Of a DNA stretch of 44,364 nucleotides, positions 25,401-36,100 are shown piece by piece. Positions within the stretch are counted from its first letter, which is position 1. The number at the start of each line of letters is the position of its first letter. This stretch comes from Lenisia limosa. Its lineage: Eukaryota; Protista; Breviatea. A program made the position numbers and the translations under genes. The stretch spans positions 1 to 44,364 of the forward strand of contig LPNZ01008929.1 in assembly GCA_001655205.1 (NCBI GenBank). The letters are read 5' to 3'. The notes below the pieces were generated by a model. The model worked only from the letters and a program-made list of their open reading frames with translations, was not told the DNA's origin and did no database searches.

Positions 25401-28400
25401 AGTCAATGAGGTCCATGGAGGCAGGAATCTGGAGCATAAGACACCATCGTTCCTGCACCTACGTCAGGGTCGGTCGACCAAAACTCAATGAACATTGACA
25501 CCTCATCCTTGTTGCTTGCCGAAGCTTGCACTTGGACAAAGAAGCTTGTTGAGTCTCCCAACGGCATAGCCGTGGTATAAGGACAAACAATTGAATTTCT
25601 GAAGGTGATGAGCAGGCAGTTTGCGACTTACAGATCTTCATCAAAAGTGCATATGTCCGGTGTTGAAGACACGAGAACCAGGGTAGAAGGGACCGAAATC
25701 TGAAGAGTCAATGATGGAAGAAGCCAACAAGAAGGTGCGAAGAAGCGACGGTGTGTGGCCCGTAAGACACAACGTCCACTGTGATGTTGAGAACCTTGGA
25801 AGCCAAAAGAGACCCGTCAGTCTCCAGCCCGTCAATCTGTGGCCTAATGAGACAATAGGTGCACTTACTTGGACATTGGTAATGGCAAGGTCTGCATGAT
25901 AGTTGCCTTTATAAACAAAGACAGCACCGTTGCCAGCCTCATAAATTGTACTATAGAGATAAGCGCTGCAGTCATCGGGGTGATACTTGAACGCTCCGAT
26001 AGCCAGGTCATTGAGTCCTAAAGCGTGACGGCTCACAGCAGCCTACCATCATCATTGAAGTCGCCTGACGCGAGGGACACGCCGAAGCCTGCATATTGGC
26101 AATCGTTTGGACCAGTGATGACTTGGTCCGGCTCGTCAGGATAGATGGGGTCTGTTGAGAGTTCCTGGGCGCGGGAAAAGTAAATGTAAACAGTGCCAGT
26201 TCCGTTGATGCCTAAAACGTGGCATTATTGACTTTGTTGAGGAAAGACTTACCGTTCCAGGGCGCGGCCACGACGGCATCCAAGCGGGAGTCTTGATTCA
26301 TATCGCAAAGCAAGACGGTATGGCCGAACTCGCCGGAATCGTCCTTCATGCCATGCGCGGTCCAGAAGGGGGTAGTTTCCAGTGTGCCAGCTTCTCGTCG
26401 GTAGAGGTGAACAGAACCGCCAGCTGTGAAGGGCTGACCGACAAGCTACATAGTTAGGCATGTGACGGAACTCTAACCAAGTCATCATCGCCATCATCAT
26501 TGACGTCTCCGGAACTCAAGGACCAGCCAAGCGCGCCGCCCGGCACGGCGCCGTCAAGAACCTGTGTGATGGACGGGGATCCTCCAACAACTCCCTGAAT
26601 GTTAGCCTCGAAGAAAATGCAATACAATTATGCTTACAGTGTAGAGCTCAACTCGACCAATAGCGGGTTTCAACTACAGGGTCAGAAGCACAACTTCGTC
26701 CCAACCTTGCCACCCAGGACAGATGGGATCGGAACGTGCATTGGCACGCCGACAGCAAAGTCTGTTGTCAGCTCACTGGGTCGGTTCAGTGCAGCAATTG
26801 AGTGTCCTCTGTAGTAGCTGTGTTCGGCAGTGTTACTTGTCGGCAGGCCAGACTCCCATGACGTACTTGACGACAGTGGCGTTGGGCTGGCTAAGTTCTC
26901 ATCCGGCACTGCGCTGAGGTGTCCAATTCCGCCTGGAGAGTTATGTGGTACTTTTCAGGTGCAGCACCAACCAGCTTTGCAGGAGTAGCCATCAGACCCG
27001 CAGGTTCCGCCAATACCATCTTGGCACCGGGCCTAATGGTAATAAACAAGGGCAAGCAAACCTCGCAACAATCGCCATAGTCATAGTCGCAGCTTTTACT
27101 GTTGTACTTTGTGTCGCAAAGTCCATTGCCAATGACAGAGGAATCAGCGGAGCATCCATCAAGTGAGAAAAGATAATTCCGCATTTTAACGTAACCCATG
27201 ACAGCAACACCCTCCGAGGTCGACGTGAGGTCAGCCATGTCAATCGAGTTCTTTGACGACCAATCATTGGAGTGGTCATTGGAACTGGACGAGACCATTG
27301 CGTTGTATGTCAACACAATCCGCGATCCCAACTGAACAGAATTCTGAGACCGGCCTGATGGTTACTTATAAATCACAGCCTACTTGAGACCTTGTAGTTG
27401 AAAGAGTTGTCATGTGCCACACCAACGAGATAAAACTTTTGAAAGTCCATTCGGAAGGGACCGTTTGTTCCCACAGCGTTCTACAGTGTGACATGCCAAG
27501 ACCCCTACCGTCATGGACGTGTCCGACACTTCCATGAAGGTATTGTCCTCACTGGTCACCGCGATTGTTTTGCTGTTTCGAAACACCACGTTGAAAGGCC
27601 TAGAAATGAGGTACTAAAGGAGCGTACCCTGCAGCGGTATCGGCTTCGTAAATGAGAAAATGCAAGGTCAAATCGGGGCAGTCAGCAGCATCAACGCACT
27701 GGAACCCAAACGCCTAGGTCATAAGTCCGAGTCCCCAACGCTTACGAATTCGTCAATGTAAACGTCGAAGTTGCGCAGTTGCAGCATGTGCCCCCAGAAC
27801 TTTCCCGAGCTTTTCCCAGTGTACTGTGTAAACTTGAACTGCAGACCTGCCATTGGGGTCTGACCAAACTACGAAATGAGACCATGGCAACCCTACATAG
27901 CTTGAAACTTGACCAAGCTTGGCTGGAGCTCCAACAACTAAATCCAGAATGCCGTCCCCATTGACGTCTGCTGGTACAATAGAGCCTGTGCCGTTATCCG
28001 ACCATTCAGATTAATACAATATTCAATATATAAAAAGTATACATATATGCATATGATGTGTTGTATCAGAGTATATTATGTCATAATATATCATATGAGA
28101 TGACTATTTATGAAAAACAAAATGTTGTCATAAATGATTAACGTGGTTCAGTTCTCTTTTTTTTATTTTGCATTGGAAAAATTGCGAAAATAATCTTAAA
28201 TGACCCTTCGAGTTAATTTCGCAGGTTAATTTGTCCACAGTTCTAGTTATGTACTTCTAGATAAGGCAGGAAAAACGGTAATTGTCAACCCCCCTACGGC
28301 CATCAGCCTTGGCAGTAAGAGTTGCGTCCGTTGCCACGCTATTGGGGTAGAGTAGGAAGTACGATGAAAAACCCGTACTAGATAAATAGATGCGAGTTAA

Positions 28401-29757
28401 CCGTTCATCTGGAATGGTAAGGTCATCTTTGGACTCAGAATACCCTACCGATGCTGGAAACAGCGAGGTCAGAGAGGCCGTCGCCGTCAACAAGGTCGGG
28501 TATCTCGCTGATAGTGGTGCCAAAGTGGCAGTTCTCCAGGGCACACTCGCCGGCAATACTAGTCAGCTGAAGAGTCAATGTGAACAGTACGTCATACCAA
28601 GGTTGAAGCAGCGACATCGGAGTAGATGTGAACCGCTCCGTTTCCATCATAAGGAGGTCCACTCGAACCTGGAGTGTAAAAAGCGTAGGCGAGGGAAAAA
28701 CTTACCTTGAACATCTTTATAAGCACCAACAGCAAGATAGTCAGCACCGTCACGCTCGAGAGTTGCCAGTGAGTATCCAAACCTCGTGTCCGAGCCCGGT
28801 ATAGATAGGGTCCATGTGGGCGAAACCATGACGGGATCGATGACAATCTAGAAATGTTACCGGAGTGTTAAGCAACCCACGGGATACTGAGTCATGTCAG
28901 TGACAAGGAACTGCACTGCCAAGCCAGTGGCTGTCACAACAAAATGACTCTCCAACTCCTCTCCTATATGGTCAGTAACCAGTAGCAAATAAAATAAATG
29001 CAAACCAAGGTCAGAGAGGACCGTCAGGCCTTTATAGGGGATTGTGCCTCCAGAAGCCTTGAAAATGGCATCTTTTTCTGACGAAAGAACCACCTGTCAA
29101 TCATCATGGCTCAAAATAGGTACCTTGCTGTTTTGGATACAATTGTAGAAAAAAAGAGAATTCAATTGCCCACTAAATCTTTTCCCAAAGGCCGCCCTTA
29201 CCGTTCCATTAACGTCATCGAAGCGAACATCAATGTAAAACGATTGCCATCTTAATAATGTCAGGACCTTCTTTTAGAATAGGAGAACACACCCTATCAA
29301 GCCTTGGGATAGAAGGAACATATGCTCGGGCTGCGTAGCATGCGTCCGAACAACTTCTTCAAAAGTGCTACAATCCCGCACCACATAGCCGGGTCTAGAA
29401 ATCCATCTAATGCGTAAATGCAGCAGTGCATCCTTGGCACTTACCCAGACTGGGGGCCGCATCGCGAGGCCAAGAGGACAGAGGCCAAAGGCCCTGCCAG
29501 CTGGAGCCTTACTCCCTGGACGTCATTCCGAGGATGCGTTCACAAAGAAAAGATCAATCAAAAAGAAAATATGTCTGCGGTAAAACCCTCACTTACAGTG
29601 TCAAAAGGGGTGAGGGTAAGGGTGCTTTCATTGTGTTCGGTTATGGATAGAGAAGTAACTAGGAAAGTCAGAAAATAGCTTTTCCACACTCGTATTTACC
29701 TTCTACAATGAAGTATATAATAAAAAGCCATGGAATACTCAAGGAAGAGCCAAGCAT
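16500..29757 (-). CDS. ITGA: Giant integrin alpha chain (~3,200-3,400 aa, many tiny introns); symbol is family-level only
   Basis: Signal-like N-terminus MLGSSLSIPWLFIIYFIVE. Seven FG-GAP repeats (RFGYSLA...LAVGAY; DGDGLSDLAVSS; DVNGDGILDLVVGAP; RGHSIA...FAVGVP; DVNDDGDDDLLVGQP; DMNQDSRLDAVVAAP; DFNDDGLNDLAIGA). ~18 Ig-like repeats, TM YLIIGGGLMGAALIGFGV, then KKGFFKEK and an acidic tail ending TEYIYG*. A continuous frame can be built using only GT-AG introns. Confidence 0.93.
16800..25900 (-). other. Array of ~18 DUF11-like Ig beta-sandwich repeats (alpha leg)
   Basis: ADL(S/A)I-type starts and an N-x-G-P motif recur every ~430-560 nt: YGP, NSGP, NSGP, NYGP, NLGP, NSGP, NLGP, NLGP, NSGP, NSGP, CRGP, QLGP, NSGY, NAGP, NKGP, NAGP, NNGP, NVGP. 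Several repeats end in D-x4-NN. Confidence 0.8.
24793..24907. repeat. ~29-bp tandem repeat (about 4 copies, one truncated) spanning an intron 3' end in integrin alpha
   Basis: Unit tttagacac(t/c)ccggtcacactctaaggag. On the minus strand each copy carries cttag|agtgtgacc. Confidence 0.9.
27062..27154 (-). other. LNR (Lin-12/Notch repeat)-like module within the alpha propeller insert
   Basis: CSADSSVIGNGLCDTKYNSKSCDYDYGDCCE fits the C-x-G(D/N)G-x-CD-x3-N-x3-C-x-YDxGDC pattern. Confidence 0.8.
28833..29660 (-). other. N-terminal pre-propeller domain of integrin alpha ending in YPIVIDP
   Basis: Spliced ...FEEVVRTHATQPEHMFLL...IPYKGLTVLSDLGEELESHFVVTATGLAVQFLVTDMTQYP|IVIDP directly precedes FG-GAP 1. 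It resembles the domain ahead of FG-GAP repeats in bacterial surface proteins (recalled pattern, not searched). Confidence 0.6.
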
Positions 29758-30181
29758 GGTAAAGTCGACAGGTAAATGATCAATTCTGAAAAGACGGGAG
29801 CGGTATCCTTCTTGCTTTCATCACTTCGAATGTATTTAAACAATTTAAGACGAATTTTATAATTATCAATTGAAATGTGTAAAATTTAGTGAAAAGGGAA
29901 AGAGAGGAATTTTCTTGACACCAATCTTTCACCCAATTCTCAAATTTTCCCCTTCCGGAACCGCTTGTGATTAATTGGTTTTTAAAGTTCGGTATTTATT
30001 GTTCGAATACAGGTTAAAAAACCCGGATAAAACCCCTCGCTTGATCTATCTTGAAATCATTCCAAAGTTCAATGATATGATTGCATTTCTTTCTCCTTCC
30101 CTGTACCGAATTGTTTACTTTGAGAAGAGGAGTTTATAACGAGTCTTTGCAAAAGCCAGAAGCCACGAGCATATCTTCAGC
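29758..30181. promoter_or_regulatory. Putative bidirectional promoter shared by integrin alpha and beta
   Basis: 424 nt of AT-rich sequence between the alpha ATG (29757, -) and the beta ATG (30182, +). Inferred from geometry only. Confidence 0.65.
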
Positions 30182-33100
30182 ATGGGAGCTTTGCGACTTA
30201 TGTCGCTCATTCTGTTCTTGTTCTCAGTGGCCTTCTTTGTCACAGAAATTGGTGGGTCATGGGAATAAGCACTGTGATTCCAAATGTAAGAGGCTGGTTC
30301 CATGATGTCGTCCACCTCTTTATTCATGAGGTCTTCATTTTGATGTCGTCCGCCACTTTATTCATGAGGTCTTTATTATTGTTGCCTTATTAATTGTAAT
30401 AGGAGCCTCTTGCAGTCTCTACCACCTTGCTGCGTCCCAACAAAGATGTGATGTTTGGTATGTTGGCTTGTTTTCTCTGGTTAGATGGTGGAAATCAAGA
30501 GATTATTTTCACTTCGTAGTGAATAATAAAGGGGAGTGAGCAGGGCATTTATTTGAGAAACTTGAGGCTTTTTATTGGGTGTTAGTTTTTTGCACAAGCT
30601 TTTTTATTGATGGTTGCCCTCACGTACAGTCTCTTGAATCCCGAATGTGGATGGTGTGCCGGTGCAGGCGGCATCTGTGTGACTGGTACCGGAGAAGACT
30701 TCAGAGGACAGCCAGCTGACTGCCCTTCAAACTGGTGAGGGTCTCACTGACAACCTAACAACCAGGGTGTCACCTTCTGGTGGTACTGTGTCGGGTAGTG
30801 AAGTCAGCGATGCCATTATGACACCTACTGAGGTGGCTGTAAAAATCCGAAAGGGAGAAACGGTCAAGGTCAACGTCACTGTGTCGGCAGTTCGCAAGTC
30901 TCTCGACCTGATCTTTGTTGAGGACTTGTCCGACTCTTTTGAGAACGACCTAGTGTTCCTCGCCAATATTGTTGAGGACCCTTCAGCTGCTGGTAAGCCC
31001 GCTGCCCATCCCCAATATCATCTATCCGGGCACCTTTTCGTCCTCTGTTCGTATTCAGCACGGGCGAAGATGACTGCAAAATATTACCTTACCATTTTAG
31101 GCCTTGTGCCGCGAATTGAGACTGAGCTTCTTGACACCACGACTTTCCCAGACCTAACCCTTCGCCTGGGTTTTTCAAGTTTCATTAACAAGGTAGGGAC
31201 TTGTTACGTTGACATTCAAGCCAATGATTCCCTTTGGACGGATTCCCTCGTCTTGCCCCAATTTTGTGTTTGAGAAGCGGGTCAGCTTAGATGGTAAGAC
31301 CAGCAATAACCGTTATTTTTAGTTCCACCTTCTTCTGGATTGCATTGCGATGGGACTGCGGATCCATTTTGTATTCTGAGAAGAGACTTGTTTGCAGCGG
31401 TCACATGTGAAGGATACAACGAACCTTCTGGTGGTATCGATGGTAGGTTAAGGACTCATTGTCACATCCAGGATGTGTGCATTCTCTTCCCGTCTTCAAC
31501 TTTGGTGCTGATGCACGCCGTATTCTCCTCCTCTCAACTGACAGTCTCGTAAGACTACATCAGCGCTTATTGTTTAGTCTGAACTTGCCGGTGACGCTCG
31601 AGCCTATATGGGCATTAGAGAGTCAGAAAGCGGTATGCTGGGCTGATATTTTTTTCTTCTTGCACTGAAACCTTTAGCTGAGGATCATATGTGGGATATC
31701 GTTACTCCAACTGGTATGATGGCGGTGCCTTTTACCAAATAGACGCTATTGTGACAAATGACATTAAACTGGTTGCGGGAGAAGTCTGGCATAGAGAAGA
31801 CATGGCTGAAGATGTTTGGTGTCGAAGAGGAATGCTCACACTGTAGTTCCCATCTCTTTTTAAACTCAAACAACAACTCATGAAATACAATGTGGTTCCT
31901 GTGTTTGCGATTTCAGGTGATGCTGACACTCAAAAGCAGTTCTACCAATGTAAGCCTCCTTCCCCTCTTTCTCAACCCATCCTCAGCCATTGTTGACGAC
32001 GTTCTTGGCTTCGGGTCAGTTCAACAGCTGAGTAAGTCACCATTTGTGCTAACTTCCAGGTTCCGATTCTTCCAATATCTTCGAAGCCATACAGGATGCT
32101 TTTAACGAGGTGTCGACTTCCATTGTTCTCTCGGTTGAGCAGGACGACTTCGATCTTATCAAGGACAACGGAATACAACCGCCATCCTTTTCTGGCGTTC
32201 CAACTGAGGCCACTCCAGGGTACGGCGTTTCATTTGATTTACGAAGTTAGAACACCCACAACGCGCACCTTTGAAGTAAGTCTCCTTTACGACGGCGCAG
32301 AGTGGCCCTCTGATACTGGAACTCAAGTCAAGCTTCAAGCTATGGGATGGGGCAGCACCACCATTAATGTTTGTCCTTTGACATCTTACAATCAGGTGGA
32401 GTTTATCCAGGACTGCGACTGCCCATTCACTTGTCCAAACGATTGTTCATCCCAAGGCTCTTGTGATGTAAGAACCGGATGAGACTGACATATGTAGTGT
32501 GGAAAGTGCACATGCAACGCCCCATTTACGCATTTCACGGTGGACTCGACAATTGAAGAGGACTGCAGTAAGTTAGCCAAAGCCTTTGACCACCAGGTTG
32601 CAACCCCACGCTGCCATGCCCTGGTGATGGGCTCTGTAGCGGACGTGGCGTGTGTGAGTGTGGCCAGTGCTTCTGTTTCGACCCCTTTGGTGTGACGGGG
32701 TCGACGTGTCAATGCCTCACCGACTGCACTGGCGGCTGCGGATATGGCACCTGCATGTGTGGTGTTGACGGCGAATACTGCCAGTGCGACTCGGGGTGGG
32801 TTGACGGTCCCCTTGGTCCCTGTACGGCGGCGACGACTTGTGACCCCGACTGCGGTTCACATGGATCGTGTGTCTACGGAGTCTGTCAATGTAGGAACTT
32901 CTCAGAAATACTGGATTTGCCGACAGTTATCTCGAGGGTACGTTGATGTCTCAGGTGACCCCGGTTATTATGGAGACGAATGTGACTGTCCCGGCGCCAG
33001 CGGACCTGAAGGCTACATTGCAGGAACTGGTACGTTAAGATAGGCTTTTGTTGGTGCTTTATTGGGCTGACCAGATTTCAGGATGCCCGACGCTGGTGGC

Positions 33101-36100
33101 GGGAGCCGACTGTTCAAACAACGGCCACTGCGACTGCGGAGTGGTAGGTCATCTTTGTCAAGCTTATTTGTAGTGTAACTGCACGGCACCCTTCATTGGT
33201 GATGATTGCTCATGTGACACATCTCTCCCTTGCCCCATTGAACCGGTTTCAGGACTCGAGTGCGGTGGCCCGACTATCGGTACGAACGGTCTCATCTTAC
33301 CAGCCAGGCACTTGTGTATGTGGTGAATGCGAATGTCAGTTACCGTATTCGGGGGACAGTTGCGGCTGCAGTGACATTCCATGCCCTGCGTTCTGCAACT
33401 ACCAGGGTACATGTAAGCATGCTTGCAAGCTTACCCCCAGGCACGTGTGGAGAATGCAATTGCGACGCTGGATGGTCTGGTGATGACTGCTCCTGTGACC
33501 TCTCAGCCACTTGCCCTGGTTAGAGGTTTACTACTCTTTTGTGCTCTAGATTGCTTGGCTGTTTTAATGTTTAGGTATTGTGCACGGTACCTGCGGGAGT
33601 TGTGGAGAGTACAACTGTGACCCAGGATACATGGGAGACCTCTGCCAATGCCCCATGGCATGCCCCTACAGGTAGGCTCCATTTGCCCTCCTGATTTGGT
33701 AGCTGCGGAGAAGTTGAAGGTCACGGCGCCTGTGTGACTGACTCTAAAAGTGCTATCCAATGTGGTAAGACTGCAATTGTCTCATGCACCAGGAACATGC
33801 GAATGCTTCGGCGATTGGAGCGGAGAGCAGTGCCAATGCAATGCGACCGCAGTCTGTCCGACCAACTGTCTTGACCCTCATGGTGAGTGTCAGTGTGATG
33901 GAACGTGCAGCTGCAACCCAGGATACGACCATCCTGCTACTGGCGACCAGGACTGCTCATGCTCTCAGCTGAGCTGCATTGGTGGATGTAATGAGGTGGG
34001 AAGGTCACATGCTAATGCTGTAGGGCTCTGGCGGGAATTGTGTTTGTGGCTTGTGCGTGTGTCCGATTGGACTGGAAGGTGACAATTGTGAATGTGATGC
34101 GTCTCTTCAATGCCCCAAAGACAAGTTGGGAGTAACATGCGCTGCCAACGGAGTAAGAGTGAACGTCGTTTTGGTCACACAAGTAGGAATGTGAATGTGG
34201 AGAATGCTCGTGTGCCATTGGATGGTCCGGCCCGGCTTGCAATTGTTCAATTGCTGCCTGTCCGTCTGACTGTTCAGGACAGGGTTAGTCGTCTTTCAAG
34301 CTCACGGACCAGGAACTTGTGTGTGTGGATCGTGCCAATGTGACCCTGGCTTTGCCGGCAGTGACTGTTCCTGTCTTGACTCTGCTGAATGCCCTTCTGT
34401 AGACGGCCTGCCTTGTGCTGGACATGGAAGTTGTGAATGTGGGGTATGTCTTTTCTTCCAAGGTGACCTCCAGACTTGTGTTTGCGACTCTAGTTGGTCC
34501 GGTGCAAGTTGCAACTGCAGCCTTCTACCTTGTCCCATTTCGGACGCAGGCGTTTGCAGTTCTATCGGAACGTGCGACTGGTAAGTTGTCACCTCCTTGT
34601 CACGTTGTAGTGGTAGCTGCAATTGTCCCGCAGGATATCTTGGTAGCGACGATTGCTCATGTTTGGACACTGCTGAGTGCCCTTCAACAGAGAATGGACT
34701 GTGGTTTGTTCCTTTCAAAACTTACAACCCAGTGATGGACATGGCACGTGCAATTGCGAGACGTGTGCGTGTGATGCTGGATGGGGCTCAGCCAATTGCA
34801 GCTGCTCCACCCTGCCTTGCCCCTTAGGCAACTCCTCTATTTGCTCTGGCCATGGCTCGTGTGACTGTGGCGAGTGCAACTGCTCCGATGGATGGACTGA
34901 TGACGACTGTTCCTGTCCCCCTGTCGGCCACCCCCTAGCCTTCTGCCCTGACGACTGCGCGGGACATGGTGGGTGATGAGCCATCTTAACCCCCCAGGAA
35001 CCTGTCTGTGCGGAACGTGTGTCTGTGACCCTGGCTGGCAAGAAAGCAACTGCAAGTTGGTCTATATCGTTATTCTGATTGTTACCCTCAAGCTGTTCAG
35101 CGCTGCCCTGTCCTTCAGACTGCAGCGGCCATGGCACGTGTGATTGTGGCGAGTGCGTCTGTGAAGCTGTAGGCTGTTTTGATATTGACAATCCAGGGCT
35201 ACTCTCTTGACGACTGTTCCTGCAACTCAACCATCCCGGCGGAGGACTGTGGTCTTTTTGGCATTTGGCAATGTGACGTTGGCGCTTATTACCTACTGAT
35301 GTTGTAGCACTGTGAATGCCTTGGTGGCTATACTAATGAAAACTGCACATGTAGCCCTCTGCCGTGCCTTTCTTGTGTTAATGGCACTTGTGAATGTGGC
35401 GAATGTATTGTAAGCCCCCCCCCCCCCNNNNNNNNNNNNNNNNNNNNNNNNNNNNNNNNNNNNNNNNNNNNNNNNNNNNNNNNNNNNNNNNNNNNNNNNN
35501 NNNNNNNNNNNNNNNNNNNNNNNNNNNNNNNNNNNNNNNNNNCTCTGTGACTCGCCTCTACTCAATAACTGTTCTGAAAGTTTGGCCCGTGGTAGCTGCC
35601 AATGTGGCGAGGTTTGTTCCTGTCGTCGTTTCATTTTAGTGTGTTTGTGAAATCGGATGGAGTCTTCCAGATTTTGGCTGCAATTGCTCAACAACGCCAT
35701 GCATCAATAGTTGCAGCGGGAACGGTAGGCCTGTGTTTACTGTTATGTCAAGGCGAATGTGAATGTGGAACCTGTGCCTGCACTGCGCCGTACACTGGTG
35801 AAGACTGTTCTTGCAATTCTGAACTCACATGTCCTAATGATTGTTCCTTGAATGGAGTGGTTTGCTGACTTTGTTTCTCACGTATTAGTGCAAATGTGGC
35901 CTTTGCATCTGTGATCCAGGATGGCAAGGCGCTGACTGTAGTTGCAGCTCAGCCCCTTGCGAAGATGACTGTTCAGGCAATGGTAAGCATCCACCTGCCA
36001 GTTATCTTCAGGCGATTGCGTCTGTGGAGTGTGTCAGTGTTCTGGTACCTTCACTGGTGACAACTGTGCATGTGACTACCTTTTGACTTGTGATGAGTCT

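Noticed and set aside
26900-27870. Alpha-I (vWA) domain in the propeller insert
   Set aside because: No DxSxS motif, no alternating alpha/beta pattern, and the wrong insertion point.
30343-30402. Apparent frameshift in a beta signal peptide starting at ATG 30343 or 30364
   Set aside because: A better model exists: ATG 30182 gives a clean signal peptide, and a GT-AG intron 30252-30402 joins it in frame to the PSI exon. The misleading ATGs are intronic.
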